Origin: an uncultured Clostridia bacterium
GTDB taxonomy: Bacteria > Bacillota > Clostridia > Oscillospirales > CAG-272
Direction of reading: 5' to 3'
Assembly: GCA_947631245.1 (NCBI GenBank)
Contig: CANRKP010000004.1
Span: 6,147 to 70,146 of the forward strand
DNA length: 64,000 nt
Positions 40,243 to 51,017 of the stretch are shown one piece after another. The notes beneath the pieces are model-generated. The model did no database searches and was not told where the DNA came from. It saw only the letters and a program-made list of their open reading frames with translations. Position numbers and translations under genes: made by a program. The stretch's first letter is position 1. Each line of letters opens with the position of its first letter.

Positions 40243-41085
40243 ATGCTGAAGCGTATAGCGACCGGAGCGGTGCTCGTTTTAGTACTCGTCCCGGCACTCA
40301 TATTTTATGATACTGCCCTAACGCCGGCTGTTTGGGCGCTCATATCCGTCATCTCGCTTTATGAGACGGCGAGATGCGTTGGAATAAAGAAAGGGGCGGG
40401 ACTTGCCGTCGCCGTCTTTTTCTGCATATGCAGCGCGGCGTTTCCCGCGATGCAGTTTATCAGCGGTTGGAGCAGCACGGGAAACTCACCCCTTGTCCCC
40501 ATACTGATCTCCGTCGCGTTTTTTGCGGTGTACTGCCTCTACGCGGCGGGCGTTTTCGGGCTGCTCTCGCCGAAGCTGTCGCCTACGTCGGAGCTGTCGC
40601 TCATGACGATATACGTCTCAGCCGCCTCTGTCGCGGCAGTCGCGATAACGCAGTCGGCAAACGGCGGTCTCATACTGCCGCTCGTGTTTCTGTGTTCCTG
40701 GATAACGGACAGCTTCGCGTACTTCTGCGGCAGCTTTTTCGGAAAGCACAAGCTGATTCCGAAGATATCGCCCAAAAAGACGGTTGAAGGCAGCGTCGGC
40801 GGAACGTTGTTCTGCGGCATATTCTGCGCCGTTTACGGAATAATTGTCGCGGCGGTATTTCATCTGACGGTGAATTATGCGGCTCTTCTGATATCGGGGA
40901 TATTCCTGTCCGTCGTCTCGCAGATAGGCGACCTGAACGCGTCCTATATCAAGCGTTCGCACGATATAAAGGATTTTGGAAATATATTCCCCGGTCACGG
41001 CGGTATGCTCGACCGCTTCGACAGCGTCATTGCCGTCGTTCCGTTTCTCTATATTCTGACGCGGTTCTTTACATATTTTGCTTAG
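40243..41085 (+). CDS. cdsA: Phosphatidate cytidylyltransferase
   Basis: ISPKKTVEG, IKDFG, PGHGGMLDRFDS. Confidence 0.95.
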   Translation: MLKRIATGAVLVLVLVPALIFYDTALTPAVWALISVISLYETARCVGIKKGAGLAVAVFFCICSAAFPAMQFISGWSSTGNSPLVPILISVAFFAVYCLYAAGVFGLLSPKLSPTSELSLMTIYVSAASVAAVAITQSANGGLILPLVFLCSWITDSFAYFCGSFFGKHKLIPKISPKKTVEGSVGGTLFCGIFCAVYGIIVAAVFHLTVNYAALLISGIFLSVVSQIGDLNASYIKRSHDIKDFGNIFPGHGGMLDRFDSVIAVVPFLYILTRFFTYFA

Positions 41086-41102
41086 AGAGGACGTAAAATA
41101 AC

Positions 41103-42275
41103 ATGAAAAGCAGTACGGAGCGCCGGCTCACGACGGCGATTTTCGGCGCGACAGGCTCGATAGGAAAACAGACGCTTTCGGTCGTCGAGTCGCTCGGCGC
41201 GCGTGTCGATGTTCTCACGGCAGGCAGCCGCGACCGCGAACTCGAAGACGCCTGCCGCAAATTCATGCCGAGGATCGCGGCGCTCGCGGACGAGTCCGCC
41301 GCAAACAGGCTGAAGCTCGCGCTCGCCGATACGGATATCAAGGTTTTCGGCGGAGACGAGGGCGTCGTATGCGCCGCGGCAGAGGCTGACGCCGATGCGG
41401 CGGTTATGGCGATATCGGGAATGGCGGCGTGCGCCCCGATGATAGAGGCGTCGCGAAGCTGCCGTCGGATATGCATGGCGAACAAGGAGGCGATCGTTGC
41501 CGCGGGAGATCACCTCCTCTCAAAAATAAAAGAAGGCGGCGCCGAGCTGATCCCCGTAGACAGCGAGCACAGCGCGATCTTCCAAAGCCTTTCGGGAGGC
41601 AGGAGGGAAGACGTTTCAAAGCTCATACTAACGGCATCGGGCGGCCCGTTCTACGGCAAAAAGCGTTCCGAGCTCGAGGGGATAACGCCCAAGATGGCGC
41701 TCTCTCATCCGACATGGGACATGGGTCCGAAGATAACGGTCGACAGCGCGACGCTCATGAACAAGGGCTTTGAGGTCATAGAGGCGATGCGACTGTTTTC
41801 AGTGCCCGCCGACATGATAGAGGTCGTCATCCACCGCGAGAGCATAATCCATTCGATGGTGCAGTTCCGCGACAACGCGATAATAGCCGAGCTCGGCGTG
41901 CCCGACATGAGAACGGCGATACAGTACGCCATGACGTATCCCGAGCGCATGAACGGATGCGCCGGAGAGGTCGATTGGAAAGCGCTCTCGAAGCTGACAT
42001 TCGGTGTGCCCGACACGGACGCATTTCCGCTGCTTGCCTTCGCGTTTGAGGCGGCGCGCAGGGGCGGAACGTATCCCGCGGCGATGTCCGCGGCGGACGA
42101 GGTCGCCGTCGGCGCTTTTCTTTCCGAAAAGCTCGGCTTTACAGACATATTCGATATCGTAAAGGAGACTGCGGATATCGTGGGACACCCCGGGCAGACT
42201 TCGTTTGAAGACATCGTTTCCGCGGACGCCGAGGCGAGGCTGCGCGCGGCGGAGCTTATAGACAGCCGAGCGTGA
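41103..42275 (+). CDS. dxr: 1-deoxy-D-xylulose 5-phosphate reductoisomerase
   Basis: GATGSIG, ANKE, PVDSEH, HPTWDMG, TLMNKG. Confidence 0.96.
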   Translation: MKSSTERRLTTAIFGATGSIGKQTLSVVESLGARVDVLTAGSRDRELEDACRKFMPRIAALADESAANRLKLALADTDIKVFGGDEGVVCAAAEADADAAVMAISGMAACAPMIEASRSCRRICMANKEAIVAAGDHLLSKIKEGGAELIPVDSEHSAIFQSLSGGRREDVSKLILTASGGPFYGKKRSELEGITPKMALSHPTWDMGPKITVDSATLMNKGFEVIEAMRLFSVPADMIEVVIHRESIIHSMVQFRDNAIIAELGVPDMRTAIQYAMTYPERMNGCAGEVDWKALSKLTFGVPDTDAFPLLAFAFEAARRGGTYPAAMSAADEVAVGAFLSEKLGFTDIFDIVKETADIVGHPGQTSFEDIVSADAEARLRAAELIDSRA

Positions 42276-42302
42276 CCGCATCATAAAGGAGGCTCACTGA
42301 CG

Positions 42303-43349
42303 GTGAACATTTTTTCCGTTATAATAGCGATATTGGTTTTCGGACTTCTCATCTTCATCCATGAGATGGGGCACTTCATAACGGCGCGCCTTTGCCATGT
42401 GACAGTGACGGAGTTTGCCATAGGGATGGGACCGAAGATATTCTCGTGGGTCGGCAAAAAATCCGGCACGCGGTATTCGCTAAGGCTGTTTCCTTTCGGA
42501 GGATTTACGGCGATGGCGGGCGAGGACGAGGAGTCTGACGATCCAAACGCCCTCTCGGCAAAGCCTTTGTGGCAGCGCTTCATCATAACGGCGGCGGGCT
42601 CGCTTTCAAACATAACCATCGGAATAATCCTTATGACGGCGCTCGTCATCTTCTCGGGCTCCCTCGGCAGCACGGTTATATATCAGTTCACGGAGGGCGA
42701 GAACGGGGAGACGGCGCTTTCAAAGGCGTCGGGACTGCGCGAGGAGGACAGGATCGTCGCCGTTGACGGCGAACGCGTCCATACGGCAAACGAGCTCGCG
42801 TATGAAGTCATGCGCCGCGGCATCGAGCCCGTTGACGTGACCGTCGAGCGCGACGGCACCGAGATAACACTTGCGGACGTAAAGTTTCCGCTTGCGTCGG
42901 AGGAGGGGATAGCGTTCGGCTCGCTCGATTTCTACGTCTACTCAGAGCACAGGACGTTTTCGACGGTCGTGAAGCATGCGTTTTTCCGCTCGGAGCTGAC
43001 TGTCGAGATGATATGGGAGTCCCTTTTCGACCTTGTCACCGGAAGATACGGCGTCGAGGCGGTGAGCGGACCTGTCGGCGTCACACAGGTGCTCGACGAG
43101 GCGGCGAAGAGCGGATTTTCCGACCTCGTTTATATCGCCGTCGTCCTGTCGCTCAACCTCGGCATCGTGAATCTGCTGCCGATACCGGCGCTTGACGGCG
43201 GGCGGCTGCTCTTCATGATAGTCGAGCTGATCCGCGGCAAAAAGATAGACCCGGAGCTCGAGGCGAAGATACACTTTGCCGGCATCGTGATACTGCTCGG
43301 GATAATGGTGCTCGTGACATTCAAGGATATCGCAAATCTGTTCCACTGA
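42303..43349 (+). CDS. rseP: RIP metalloprotease RseP/RasP
   Basis: HEMGH, PDZ-like region, NLLPIPALDGG. Confidence 0.93.
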   Translation: MNIFSVIIAILVFGLLIFIHEMGHFITARLCHVTVTEFAIGMGPKIFSWVGKKSGTRYSLRLFPFGGFTAMAGEDEESDDPNALSAKPLWQRFIITAAGSLSNITIGIILMTALVIFSGSLGSTVIYQFTEGENGETALSKASGLREEDRIVAVDGERVHTANELAYEVMRRGIEPVDVTVERDGTEITLADVKFPLASEEGIAFGSLDFYVYSEHRTFSTVVKHAFFRSELTVEMIWESLFDLVTGRYGVEAVSGPVGVTQVLDEAAKSGFSDLVYIAVVLSLNLGIVNLLPIPALDGGRLLFMIVELIRGKKIDPELEAKIHFAGIVILLGIMVLVTFKDIANLFH

Positions 43350-43361
43350 GGTAAAAAATAA

Positions 43362-44447
43362 ATGAGCGTTATAATAAGACGTAAGACCCGCGCCGTCAGG
43401 GTGGGCAAGGTCACAATAGGAGGCGGCGCGCCCGTCAGCGTCCAGTCAATGACGAACGCGGACAGCCATGATTTTGCCGCCGTCGCGGCGCAGACGGAAG
43501 AACTCGTCTCCGTCGGCTGCGACATCGTCCGCATTGCGGTGCCCGACCGCGACTGCGTCGGAGTTTTCGAATATATCAAAGCGCGCGGTGTCGATGTGCC
43601 GCTCGTCGCAGACATACATTTTGACTATAAGCTTGCGCTCGCTGCGGCGGAGAGGGGAGCCGACAAGGTGCGCGTCAATCCCGGAAACCTCGGCGGCATC
43701 GACAATCTTTTGCGCGTCGCTGACGCGTGCGCGAAATGCGGCACGGCGATGCGCGTAGGCGTGAACGGCGGCTCCGCCGAGAAAAAGTTCGTCGAAAAAT
43801 ACGGCGGCGCGACGCCCGAGGCGCTCGCGGAGTCCGCTCTTTCATACATAGACGCGCTTCATAAGCACGACTTTTTCGATATCGTCGTTTCCGTAAAATC
43901 GTCGAACGTGAAAACGATGATAGACGCGACACGTCATATCGCCGCCGGCTGTGACTGCCCGATACATCTCGGCGTGACGGAGGCGGGGACCGTGCGGATG
44001 GGGACGCTCAAAAATGCCGTCGGCATAGGCGCGCTGCTTTGCGACGGCATAGGCGACACGATACGCGTCACACTGTCGGCGCCGCCTCGCGACGAGGTGC
44101 CGACCGGACGCGACATTCTCCGCGCCTGCGGTCTTTACGACGAGGGGATAGAGCTCGTTTCGTGCCCGACGTGCGGGAGAACGCAGATAGATCTTTTGGG
44201 GATCCTCGACTTGCTCGAGCCCGAGCTTATGAAGATAGACACGCACGGCAAAAAGCTGAAGGTCGCCGTTATGGGATGCGCCGTCAACGGCCCCGGCGAA
44301 GCGAGGGACGCGGACGTCGGCATCGCGGGAGGAAAGGGAGAAGCCGTCCTTTTCCGCCACGGTGAGATAGTCGGCAAGCTCCGCGAGGATGAGGCCGTGT
44401 CGGTTCTGCTCCGCGAGACGGAGGCGCTTGCGAAGGGGAAGGGCTGA
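43362..44447 (+). CDS. ispG: HMBPP synthase
   Basis: VQSMTN, ADIHF, HLGVTEAG, CPTCGR, MGCAVNGPGE. Confidence 0.96.
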   Translation: MSVIIRRKTRAVRVGKVTIGGGAPVSVQSMTNADSHDFAAVAAQTEELVSVGCDIVRIAVPDRDCVGVFEYIKARGVDVPLVADIHFDYKLALAAAERGADKVRVNPGNLGGIDNLLRVADACAKCGTAMRVGVNGGSAEKKFVEKYGGATPEALAESALSYIDALHKHDFFDIVVSVKSSNVKTMIDATRHIAAGCDCPIHLGVTEAGTVRMGTLKNAVGIGALLCDGIGDTIRVTLSAPPRDEVPTGRDILRACGLYDEGIELVSCPTCGRTQIDLLGILDLLEPELMKIDTHGKKLKVAVMGCAVNGPGEARDADVGIAGGKGEAVLFRHGEIVGKLREDEAVSVLLRETEALAKGKG

Positions 44448-44512
44448 CGCGCCGAAAGACGGGACAAAACGAGAAATGAAATAAAGTAAAGAAACGGTTA
44501 TAATAAAGCGAA

Positions 44513-47500
44513 ATGGTAAGTATTTTAGAGAAATTTTCACGTTACATCCCGGACGAGCTGTCAAAAAGCATACTTCTGTCCGTCACGGATTACACGGTCA
44601 AGGTCGACCGCGAGCGCCGCATCATAGAGGTGCGCGCGAGTTTTCCCGAGCTAATTAAAAAACGGGAGCTTTACAGGATAGAAAACGGCATACGCGAGGC
44701 GTACGAGCTCTCGGCGATGCGGCTTTTGCCGTCGTATCCGCCGGAGCTTTTCAATACTTCGTACCTGCCGGAGATCTTTGCCGAAGCCGTCAACATCGGC
44801 GCCGTCACAAACGGCTTTTTCAACGACTACACGGTCACCGAGGAGGACGACGGCACGCTGCAGGTAGAGATACCGTTCACGCAGAGCGGGCTCGACCTGC
44901 TGCGCGACGCGAGCACGGCGGAGCTTGTCTCATCCATAATCAAGAGCGAATTTTCGATTGAAAAAAAGATAAAAATAGCGCAAAGGGATGATTACGCCGA
45001 GGTCTCGGAAGCCCACAGGCGCGAGCGCGACGCTTATCTTCTCGCGGAATATGAGGCGGCGCGCCGCGAGACAGAACGAGCCGCCGAGGAATCTGCCGCG
45101 AACGAGGCGGAGATGGCGAAGGCGTACTCCACGCCGCTCACGGGAGGCGCCGACGTTATCTCCCGCGACGCAGAGACGGGATATATCGAATACGGCGGGC
45201 TGACGCTCGACGTTTCGGAGCCGTCGGGAATATGCGGCGACCTCATAGACGCCGCCTCCCTCGCCCCTCTTTCGGCGCTTGACCACGAGACCGCGCATAT
45301 CACGGTCGCGGGCGAGATATTCGAGGTCAATTCAAAGGAGACGCGCACATACGACAAGCTCAATATTACGATAGGCATCACGGACAACAAGCTGTCCGCT
45401 TTTATAAGGACAACGAAGCCTAAGGAGGAGGGCGAGGCGCTGCTCGGCAAGCTCAAGGTCGGGACGTGCGTGCTCATCGAGGGCAGCGTGCGTGCCGACG
45501 ATACTGGGGCATTCAAGAAAAAGCAGACAGTACAGCCCGATGAGGACAGATTTGACCCGCTGCCGAAGATCGAGTACAACATCAGGCTGCGCTCCGCGGC
45601 GAAGATCTCGCGCGTCATAAGGCAGGACAAGGCGGAGAAGAAGCGCGTCGAGCTCCACCTTCATACGACGATGTCGCAGATGGACGCGCTCATCGTGCCG
45701 AAGGAGGCGCTGCGCCGCGCGAAGTACTGGGGGCACCCGGCAGTCGCCATCACGGATCACGGAAACGCTCAGGCGTTTCCGGACGCAATGCTTGAGCTTG
45801 ACGCGATGAGAAAGGCCGGCGACAACGATTTCAAGGTGATCTACGGGATGGAGGCATATTTCGTAGACGACGAGGCGCGCGCCGTTTGGGGCGATATAGA
45901 CGGTCTCGGTTTTGACGACGAATTCGTTGTGTTCGACATAGAAACGACGGGCCTTTCCTCCGTCACCGACGAGATAATAGAGATAGGTGCAGTCCTTATG
46001 CGCGGCGGCGAGGTGTCGGAGACGTTCTCGGAATACGTCGACCCGCGCCGCCCGATACCGAAAAACATTACGGAGCTGACGGGCATTTCGGACGAAACTG
46101 TGAAGGGCGCGCCTCCGATAGACGAGGTGCTGCCGAAATTTTTCGAGTTCTGCGCCGGAAGACCGCTCGTGGCGCATAACGCCAGCTTTGACACGGGCTT
46201 TATCCGCGCCGCCTCGTCGCGCCTGCGTCTGCCGTTTGACAACGCGTACATAGACACGCTCGCAATGTCGCGTTACGTCAACACCGATCTCAAAAATCAC
46301 AAGCTCGACACGCTCGTTGAGTACTACGGGCTCGGCGGATTTGAGCACCACCGCGCGTTTGAGGACGCGCGGGTGACGGCGCTCCTTTTCAGAAAAATGA
46401 CGGACCGCCTCGTTGAGGACGGCGTCGGCGACGTCTCTGACATGGTCCGCCAAATGAGCGAGCACGCGGATCCGCTCACACTGCCGACGTATCATCAGAT
46501 AATACTCGTCAAAAATCAGACGGGGCTGAAAAATCTGTATCGTCTCATCTCGGACAGCTACTTGCAGTATTTCCGCAAGCATCCGCGCATACCGAAGAGC
46601 GTCTTAAACGAGCATCGCGACGGGCTCATCATCGGTTCCGCCTGCGAGGCTGGGGAGCTCTACCGCGCCATACTCGACTCAAAGCCCGAGGCGGAGCTCG
46701 AGCGCATTGCGGAATTTTACGATTATCTTGAGATACAGCCGCTTACGAACAATACCTTCCTGATTGGCGGAGGACGCGTCGGCGGGGAAGACGAGCTGCG
46801 CGACATAAACAGAAAGATCGTCGAGCTCGGGAAGAAAACGGGACGCCCTGTCGTTGCGACGTGCGACGCGCACTTCCTCGACGAGGAGGATGAGATATAC
46901 CGCAAGATACTACAAAAGGGAATGAAATTTCAGGACGCGGACCGCGACACGCGGCTCTATATGCGTACAACTGACGAAATGCTCGAGGAGTTCTCATATC
47001 TCGGAGAAGAGACGGCTTACGAGGTCGTCGTTGAAAATACGAACCTCATTGCAGACATGATAGAGGACGTTCGCCCTATACCGAAGGGGACGTATACGCC
47101 GAAAATCGACGGAGCTGAGGACGAGCTGAAATCCCTGTGCTGGCAGCGCGCCAACGACTGGTACTGCCACGACGGAAAGATACCCGATATCGTCACCGAG
47201 CGCCTCGAGCGCGAGCTTGGCTCCATAATCAAAAACGGGTACGCGGTGCTTTACATAATCGCGCAGAAGCTCGTGTCGTATTCCGAGAGCCTCGGCTACC
47301 TTGTCGGTTCGCGCGGTTCCGTCGGGAGCTCTATCGTCGCGTCGTTCTCGGGCATATCGGAGGTGAATCCGCTTCCGCCGCATTACAGGTGCCCGAAATG
47401 CCGATACAGCGAATTCCATAAGGACGAATATGCCTCGGGCTTCGATATGCCGGACAAAAACTGCCCCTGCTGCGGCACGAAGATGATAGTCGACGGGCAC

Positions 47501-48967
47501 GATATCCCATTTGAGACATTCCTCGGCTTTTACGGAGAGAAGTCTCCCGATATCGACCTCAACTTCTCGGGCGACGTGCAGGGAAAGGTCCATAAATACA
47601 CTGAGGAGCTTTTCGGCGCGGAGAACGTGTTCCGCGCGGGGACGCTCGGCACCGTCGCGTCAAAGACCGCATACGGCTTTGTGATGAAGTATCTCGAGGA
47701 CAAGGGCGCGAGGATGACAAGGGCGGACGTTGAGAGGTACTGCGTGCGCTGCTCCGGCATAAAGCGGAGCACGGGACAGCATCCGGGCGGGATCATAGTC
47801 GTTCCGAGCGAATACGACGTTTACGATTTCACCCCCGTCCAGCATCCCGCGGACGACGCAGACTCGAACATTATAACGACGCACTTTGCATTCTCGTATC
47901 TGCACGACACGATACTGAAGCTCGACGAGCTCGGTCACGATATTCCGACAAAGTACAAGATGCTCGAAAAGTACACGGGCACGAGCGTCATGGACGTTCC
48001 GATGAACGACCGCGACGTTTACAGCCTCATGACCTCGAGCCGCGCTCTCGGACTCAACAAAGAGCACGACGAGCCGGGAACATACGGTCTGCCTGAGCTC
48101 GGAACGCGCTTTGTCATGCAGATGCTGACGGACTGCAAGCCGCAGACGTTCGGCGACCTTTTACAGATATCGGGGCTGTCGCACGGGACGGGCGTGTGGC
48201 TCGGAAACGCGCAGGAGCTCATAAAGGACGGCACCTGCGACATACGTTCCGTCATCGGATGCCGCGACGACATAATGCTCCGTCTGATAAGGTACGGTCT
48301 CGACCCGTCGCTCTCTTTCAATATAATGGAGAAGGTCAGAAAGGGAAAGGGCGTATCTGCCGAATTTGAGACGGAGATGCTGAAGGTCGGCGTTCCCGAA
48401 TGGTACATAGCGTCGTGCAAGAAGATAAAGTACATGTTCCCGAAGGCGCACGCCGCCGCATACGTCATGTCCGCGATACGGCTCGGCTGGTATAAGATAA
48501 ACTATCCCGTCGAGTTTTACGCCGCGTATTTCACCGCGGCTCCGGACGGATTTGACGGTGAGCTCGTGCTGAGGGGTCCCGCCGCCGTCAGAGCTCAGAT
48601 AGAGGAGTATTCGGACAGGGGAGCCGACGCGACGCAGAAGGAGGAGACGCAGCTTGCGGCGCTCCAAATAGTGAACGAGTACTTTATGCGCGGATACAAA
48701 TTCCTGCCCGTCGACATATACAAGTCGGACGCGACGGCGTTTCTGCCCGAGGACGGGAAGATACGCGTTCCGTTTATGTGTCTTTCGGGCGTCGGCGCAA
48801 GCGCCGCCGAGAGCCTCGCGGAGGCGCGCGACAGCTTCGGAGGGGAAGTGTTCTCAATAGAGGAACTCCGCGACAGCGCGAAGGTGTCGAAATCCGTCAT
48901 AGATACGCTAAAAAGAAACGGTGTACTCGACAAAATAGACGAGTCGAACCAGCTTTCAATGTTCTGA
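44513..48967 (+). CDS. polC: DNA polymerase III PolC
   Basis: ELHLHT PHP, DIETTG exonuclease, GSRGSVGSS, PDIDLNF, YMFPKAHA. Confidence 0.97.
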   Translation: MVSILEKFSRYIPDELSKSILLSVTDYTVKVDRERRIIEVRASFPELIKKRELYRIENGIREAYELSAMRLLPSYPPELFNTSYLPEIFAEAVNIGAVTNGFFNDYTVTEEDDGTLQVEIPFTQSGLDLLRDASTAELVSSIIKSEFSIEKKIKIAQRDDYAEVSEAHRRERDAYLLAEYEAARRETERAAEESAANEAEMAKAYSTPLTGGADVISRDAETGYIEYGGLTLDVSEPSGICGDLIDAASLAPLSALDHETAHITVAGEIFEVNSKETRTYDKLNITIGITDNKLSAFIRTTKPKEEGEALLGKLKVGTCVLIEGSVRADDTGAFKKKQTVQPDEDRFDPLPKIEYNIRLRSAAKISRVIRQDKAEKKRVELHLHTTMSQMDALIVPKEALRRAKYWGHPAVAITDHGNAQAFPDAMLELDAMRKAGDNDFKVIYGMEAYFVDDEARAVWGDIDGLGFDDEFVVFDIETTGLSSVTDEIIEIGAVLMRGGEVSETFSEYVDPRRPIPKNITELTGISDETVKGAPPIDEVLPKFFEFCAGRPLVAHNASFDTGFIRAASSRLRLPFDNAYIDTLAMSRYVNTDLKNHKLDTLVEYYGLGGFEHHRAFEDARVTALLFRKMTDRLVEDGVGDVSDMVRQMSEHADPLTLPTYHQIILVKNQTGLKNLYRLISDSYLQYFRKHPRIPKSVLNEHRDGLIIGSACEAGELYRAILDSKPEAELERIAEFYDYLEIQPLTNNTFLIGGGRVGGEDELRDINRKIVELGKKTGRPVVATCDAHFLDEEDEIYRKILQKGMKFQDADRDTRLYMRTTDEMLEEFSYLGEETAYEVVVENTNLIADMIEDVRPIPKGTYTPKIDGAEDELKSLCWQRANDWYCHDGKIPDIVTERLERELGSIIKNGYAVLYIIAQKLVSYSESLGYLVGSRGSVGSSIVASFSGISEVNPLPPHYRCPKCRYSEFHKDEYASGFDMPDKNCPCCGTKMIVDGHDIPFETFLGFYGEKSPDIDLNFSGDVQGKVHKYTEELFGAENVFRAGTLGTVASKTAYGFVMKYLEDKGARMTRADVERYCVRCSGIKRSTGQHPGGIIVVPSEYDVYDFTPVQHPADDADSNIITTHFAFSYLHDTILKLDELGHDIPTKYKMLEKYTGTSVMDVPMNDRDVYSLMTSSRALGLNKEHDEPGTYGLPELGTRFVMQMLTDCKPQTFGDLLQISGLSHGTGVWLGNAQELIKDGTCDIRSVIGCRDDIMLRLIRYGLDPSLSFNIMEKVRKGKGVSAEFETEMLKVGVPEWYIASCKKIKYMFPKAHAAAYVMSAIRLGWYKINYPVEFYAAYFTAAPDGFDGELVLRGPAAVRAQIEEYSDRGADATQKEETQLAALQIVNEYFMRGYKFLPVDIYKSDATAFLPEDGKIRVPFMCLSGVGASAAESLAEARDSFGGEVFSIEELRDSAKVSKSVIDTLKRNGVLDKIDESNQLSMF

Positions 48968-48986
48968 CGCGCGGACACAAAAAACG

Positions 48987-49015
48987 CGGGGGCGCTTAAT
49001 TAACGAGCGCCCCCG
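48987..49015. terminator. GC-rich hairpin after polC
   Basis: cgggggcgct/agcgcccccg; A tract before, no T tract on +. Confidence 0.45.
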
Positions 49016-49056
49016 AATGATAAGACACACAATTTTTTTAAAAGAATGGTAAGCGT

Positions 49057-50115
49057 ATGAAAGAAAAAATGATCGAATTTTTACTCGCAAATGCAAATCC
49101 GTCTATCCGGTACCGTGTCAGGACGGAGGTCATGCATGAGGAAGTACCTGCCGCCGAAAAAGATGAATTGCAGGCAAAAATTTTGGAAGAGCCGATCATA
49201 AAATCTATCATTGCTTGCCAAAAGGAAAACGGTTGGCTCGGCAACGGCTTTCACGGACCGAACAAAAACGCAGGCCCCTTTGAAAATCAGGAGGTGGGGA
49301 CAAAATATTTAGGCGAAAAGCTTGTTTATAAAGACACGCCTGTTCTGAAAAGGGCTATGGAGGCATTTGTAACGACAGAGCTTACAGACCTTTGCTATCG
49401 CACAAAGGGTAAATATTTTGACGAGTTCCGCTATGCCGCAAACGGTCAGAATATCATCCGCTGCGCCTGCATTGCCCGCGCCGGTTACGATGACGTGATA
49501 GATATAAAACCGCAGATACAGTTGGCGCTTGACTCGTTCAGGCGCGTGCTTGAGGTGGATTCCGCTTTAGACATAACGAGGGTGAGAAAGAGCGGCGGGA
49601 GGGAGAAGCGCGTATTCAACGATTATGAAAAATGGCCCTGCTACTATCATCTTGATATCCTCGCACATACTGATTCATGGAAAAAAGAAGAAAATATTCG
49701 GATGCTCGCCGAATCTTTCAGAAAACTGATGCGGACAGACCGCCCCGAAAAGCAGGTCGGCGGAGATTCTTGGGTCGGCTATGTGCTTGGAACGATCGGC
49801 TGTTTAAAAGAAGGGTATCAGCTTGGTTATGAAGAAAACGGGGTGCACTATACTTATTTTGACAGGGTAGAATGGCTGTGCCGGTGCGGGTGTGCGCCGT
49901 ATCTCGAGTAGCTGCAAAGGGAAGCGGAGCTTCTTTTGAGCTTCGTTGACGACGACGGCATTTGCAAAGCGCCGATTGCGGAGAATCAATTAAAGGGCTT
50001 CAGCACATACGGCGGTCAGCAGCTCGAGGTCGATTGGAAAACAGAGACACGAAAGTTCTGCGACATCACGTTCAGGGCGCTTTTGATTTTGCATTATTCG
50101 CAGGAGACGACATAA
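49057..50115 (+). pseudogene. Hypothetical protein with internal TAG (49909-49911)
   Basis: Frame continues 67 codons past TAG (LQREAELL...LEVDWK...CDITFRALLILHYSQETT) to TAA at 50113-50115. Confidence 0.7.
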
Positions 50116-50154
50116 AAAGATACCGTTTTTCGCGATTTGCGGAGGTTTATGAGT

Positions 50155-50601
50155 ATGAGAGCACCGTTTCAGATATTGGCGATCCCTTTTAGAAAAGCAG
50201 CGCCGGCAGAGCCGCAGTTTTGCGTTTTTCATCGCTCGGATTTGGACCAGTGGCAGTTTGTTTCAGGCGGCGGTGAAGATGATGAAACGCCGACAGAGGC
50301 GGCAATCAGAGAAATTTCAGAAGAAACGGGAATCAAAACGGACAATATTATAAAGCTGACATCCATGGCTTATGTTCCTGCGAACGTTATTTCGGAACGG
50401 CACCGGAAACATTGGTCAAAGGATACTTATGTTCTTCCCGAATATCACTTCTCATTTGAATGTGCTCGGGACATAAAGCTGTCTGATGAGCACACCGGTT
50501 GCGAATGGCTGAGCTTTGATGACGCTATGTCGCGCCTGACTTGGGATTCAAATAAAACAGCATTGTATGAATTACACTGCCGTCTGCTTGAAGAAGGCTA
50601 A
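50155..50601 (+). CDS. Nudix hydrolase (NudB/dATP pyrophosphohydrolase-like)
   Basis: Nudix box GGGEDDETPTEAAIREISEETG, LSDEH; GGAGG RBS. Confidence 0.9.
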   Translation: MRAPFQILAIPFRKAAPAEPQFCVFHRSDLDQWQFVSGGGEDDETPTEAAIREISEETGIKTDNIIKLTSMAYVPANVISERHRKHWSKDTYVLPEYHFSFECARDIKLSDEHTGCEWLSFDDAMSRLTWDSNKTALYELHCRLLEEG

Positions 50602-50833
50602 ACCGATAAAGAAAGATTTTTTGCTTGTATTAAAATCAGCAAAAACATAGATATCAACTTGCAGAGTTTGATACAAAGCCGAGGAAAATCCCAAAGTGCG
50701 CCTTTGCGGTGTAATTTTCGCTTGCGGTGTATAATGTGTGCTGTGGTGCGGCAATTGTAGATTTCTTTTGCATTTTTGTGTTATTCTTGGGCGGAGCTAA
50801 GAGCGAGAAATTGCGATTTTCGGAGGAATGAAT

Positions 50834-50944
50834 ATGTTGGACAAAAAGGGATTTGATCGGATATGTCCGTCCGGTAAGTCGTTATTTAGGAAAATATTTG
50901 ATTATGAGCAACAGAGAAGGAATAGTGAGTGGCTAATACGATAA
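50834..50944 (+). pseudogene. Short ORF, possible methyltransferase N-terminal remnant
   Basis: GGAGG RBS then MLDKKGFD followed by apparently unrelated sequence; 36 aa. Confidence 0.3.
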
Positions 50945-51017
50945 TCTTACTGAAGCGAAATTGCCGCCATTAATTAGTAAAAGAGTTTGCATATAGTGTG
51001 CCTAAAGGAGACAAAGA

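Noticed and set aside
45490-45580. Apparent short insertion in the PolC OB domain (possible intein)
   Set aside because: Only ~20 aa and no intein splice motifs; likely a variable loop.
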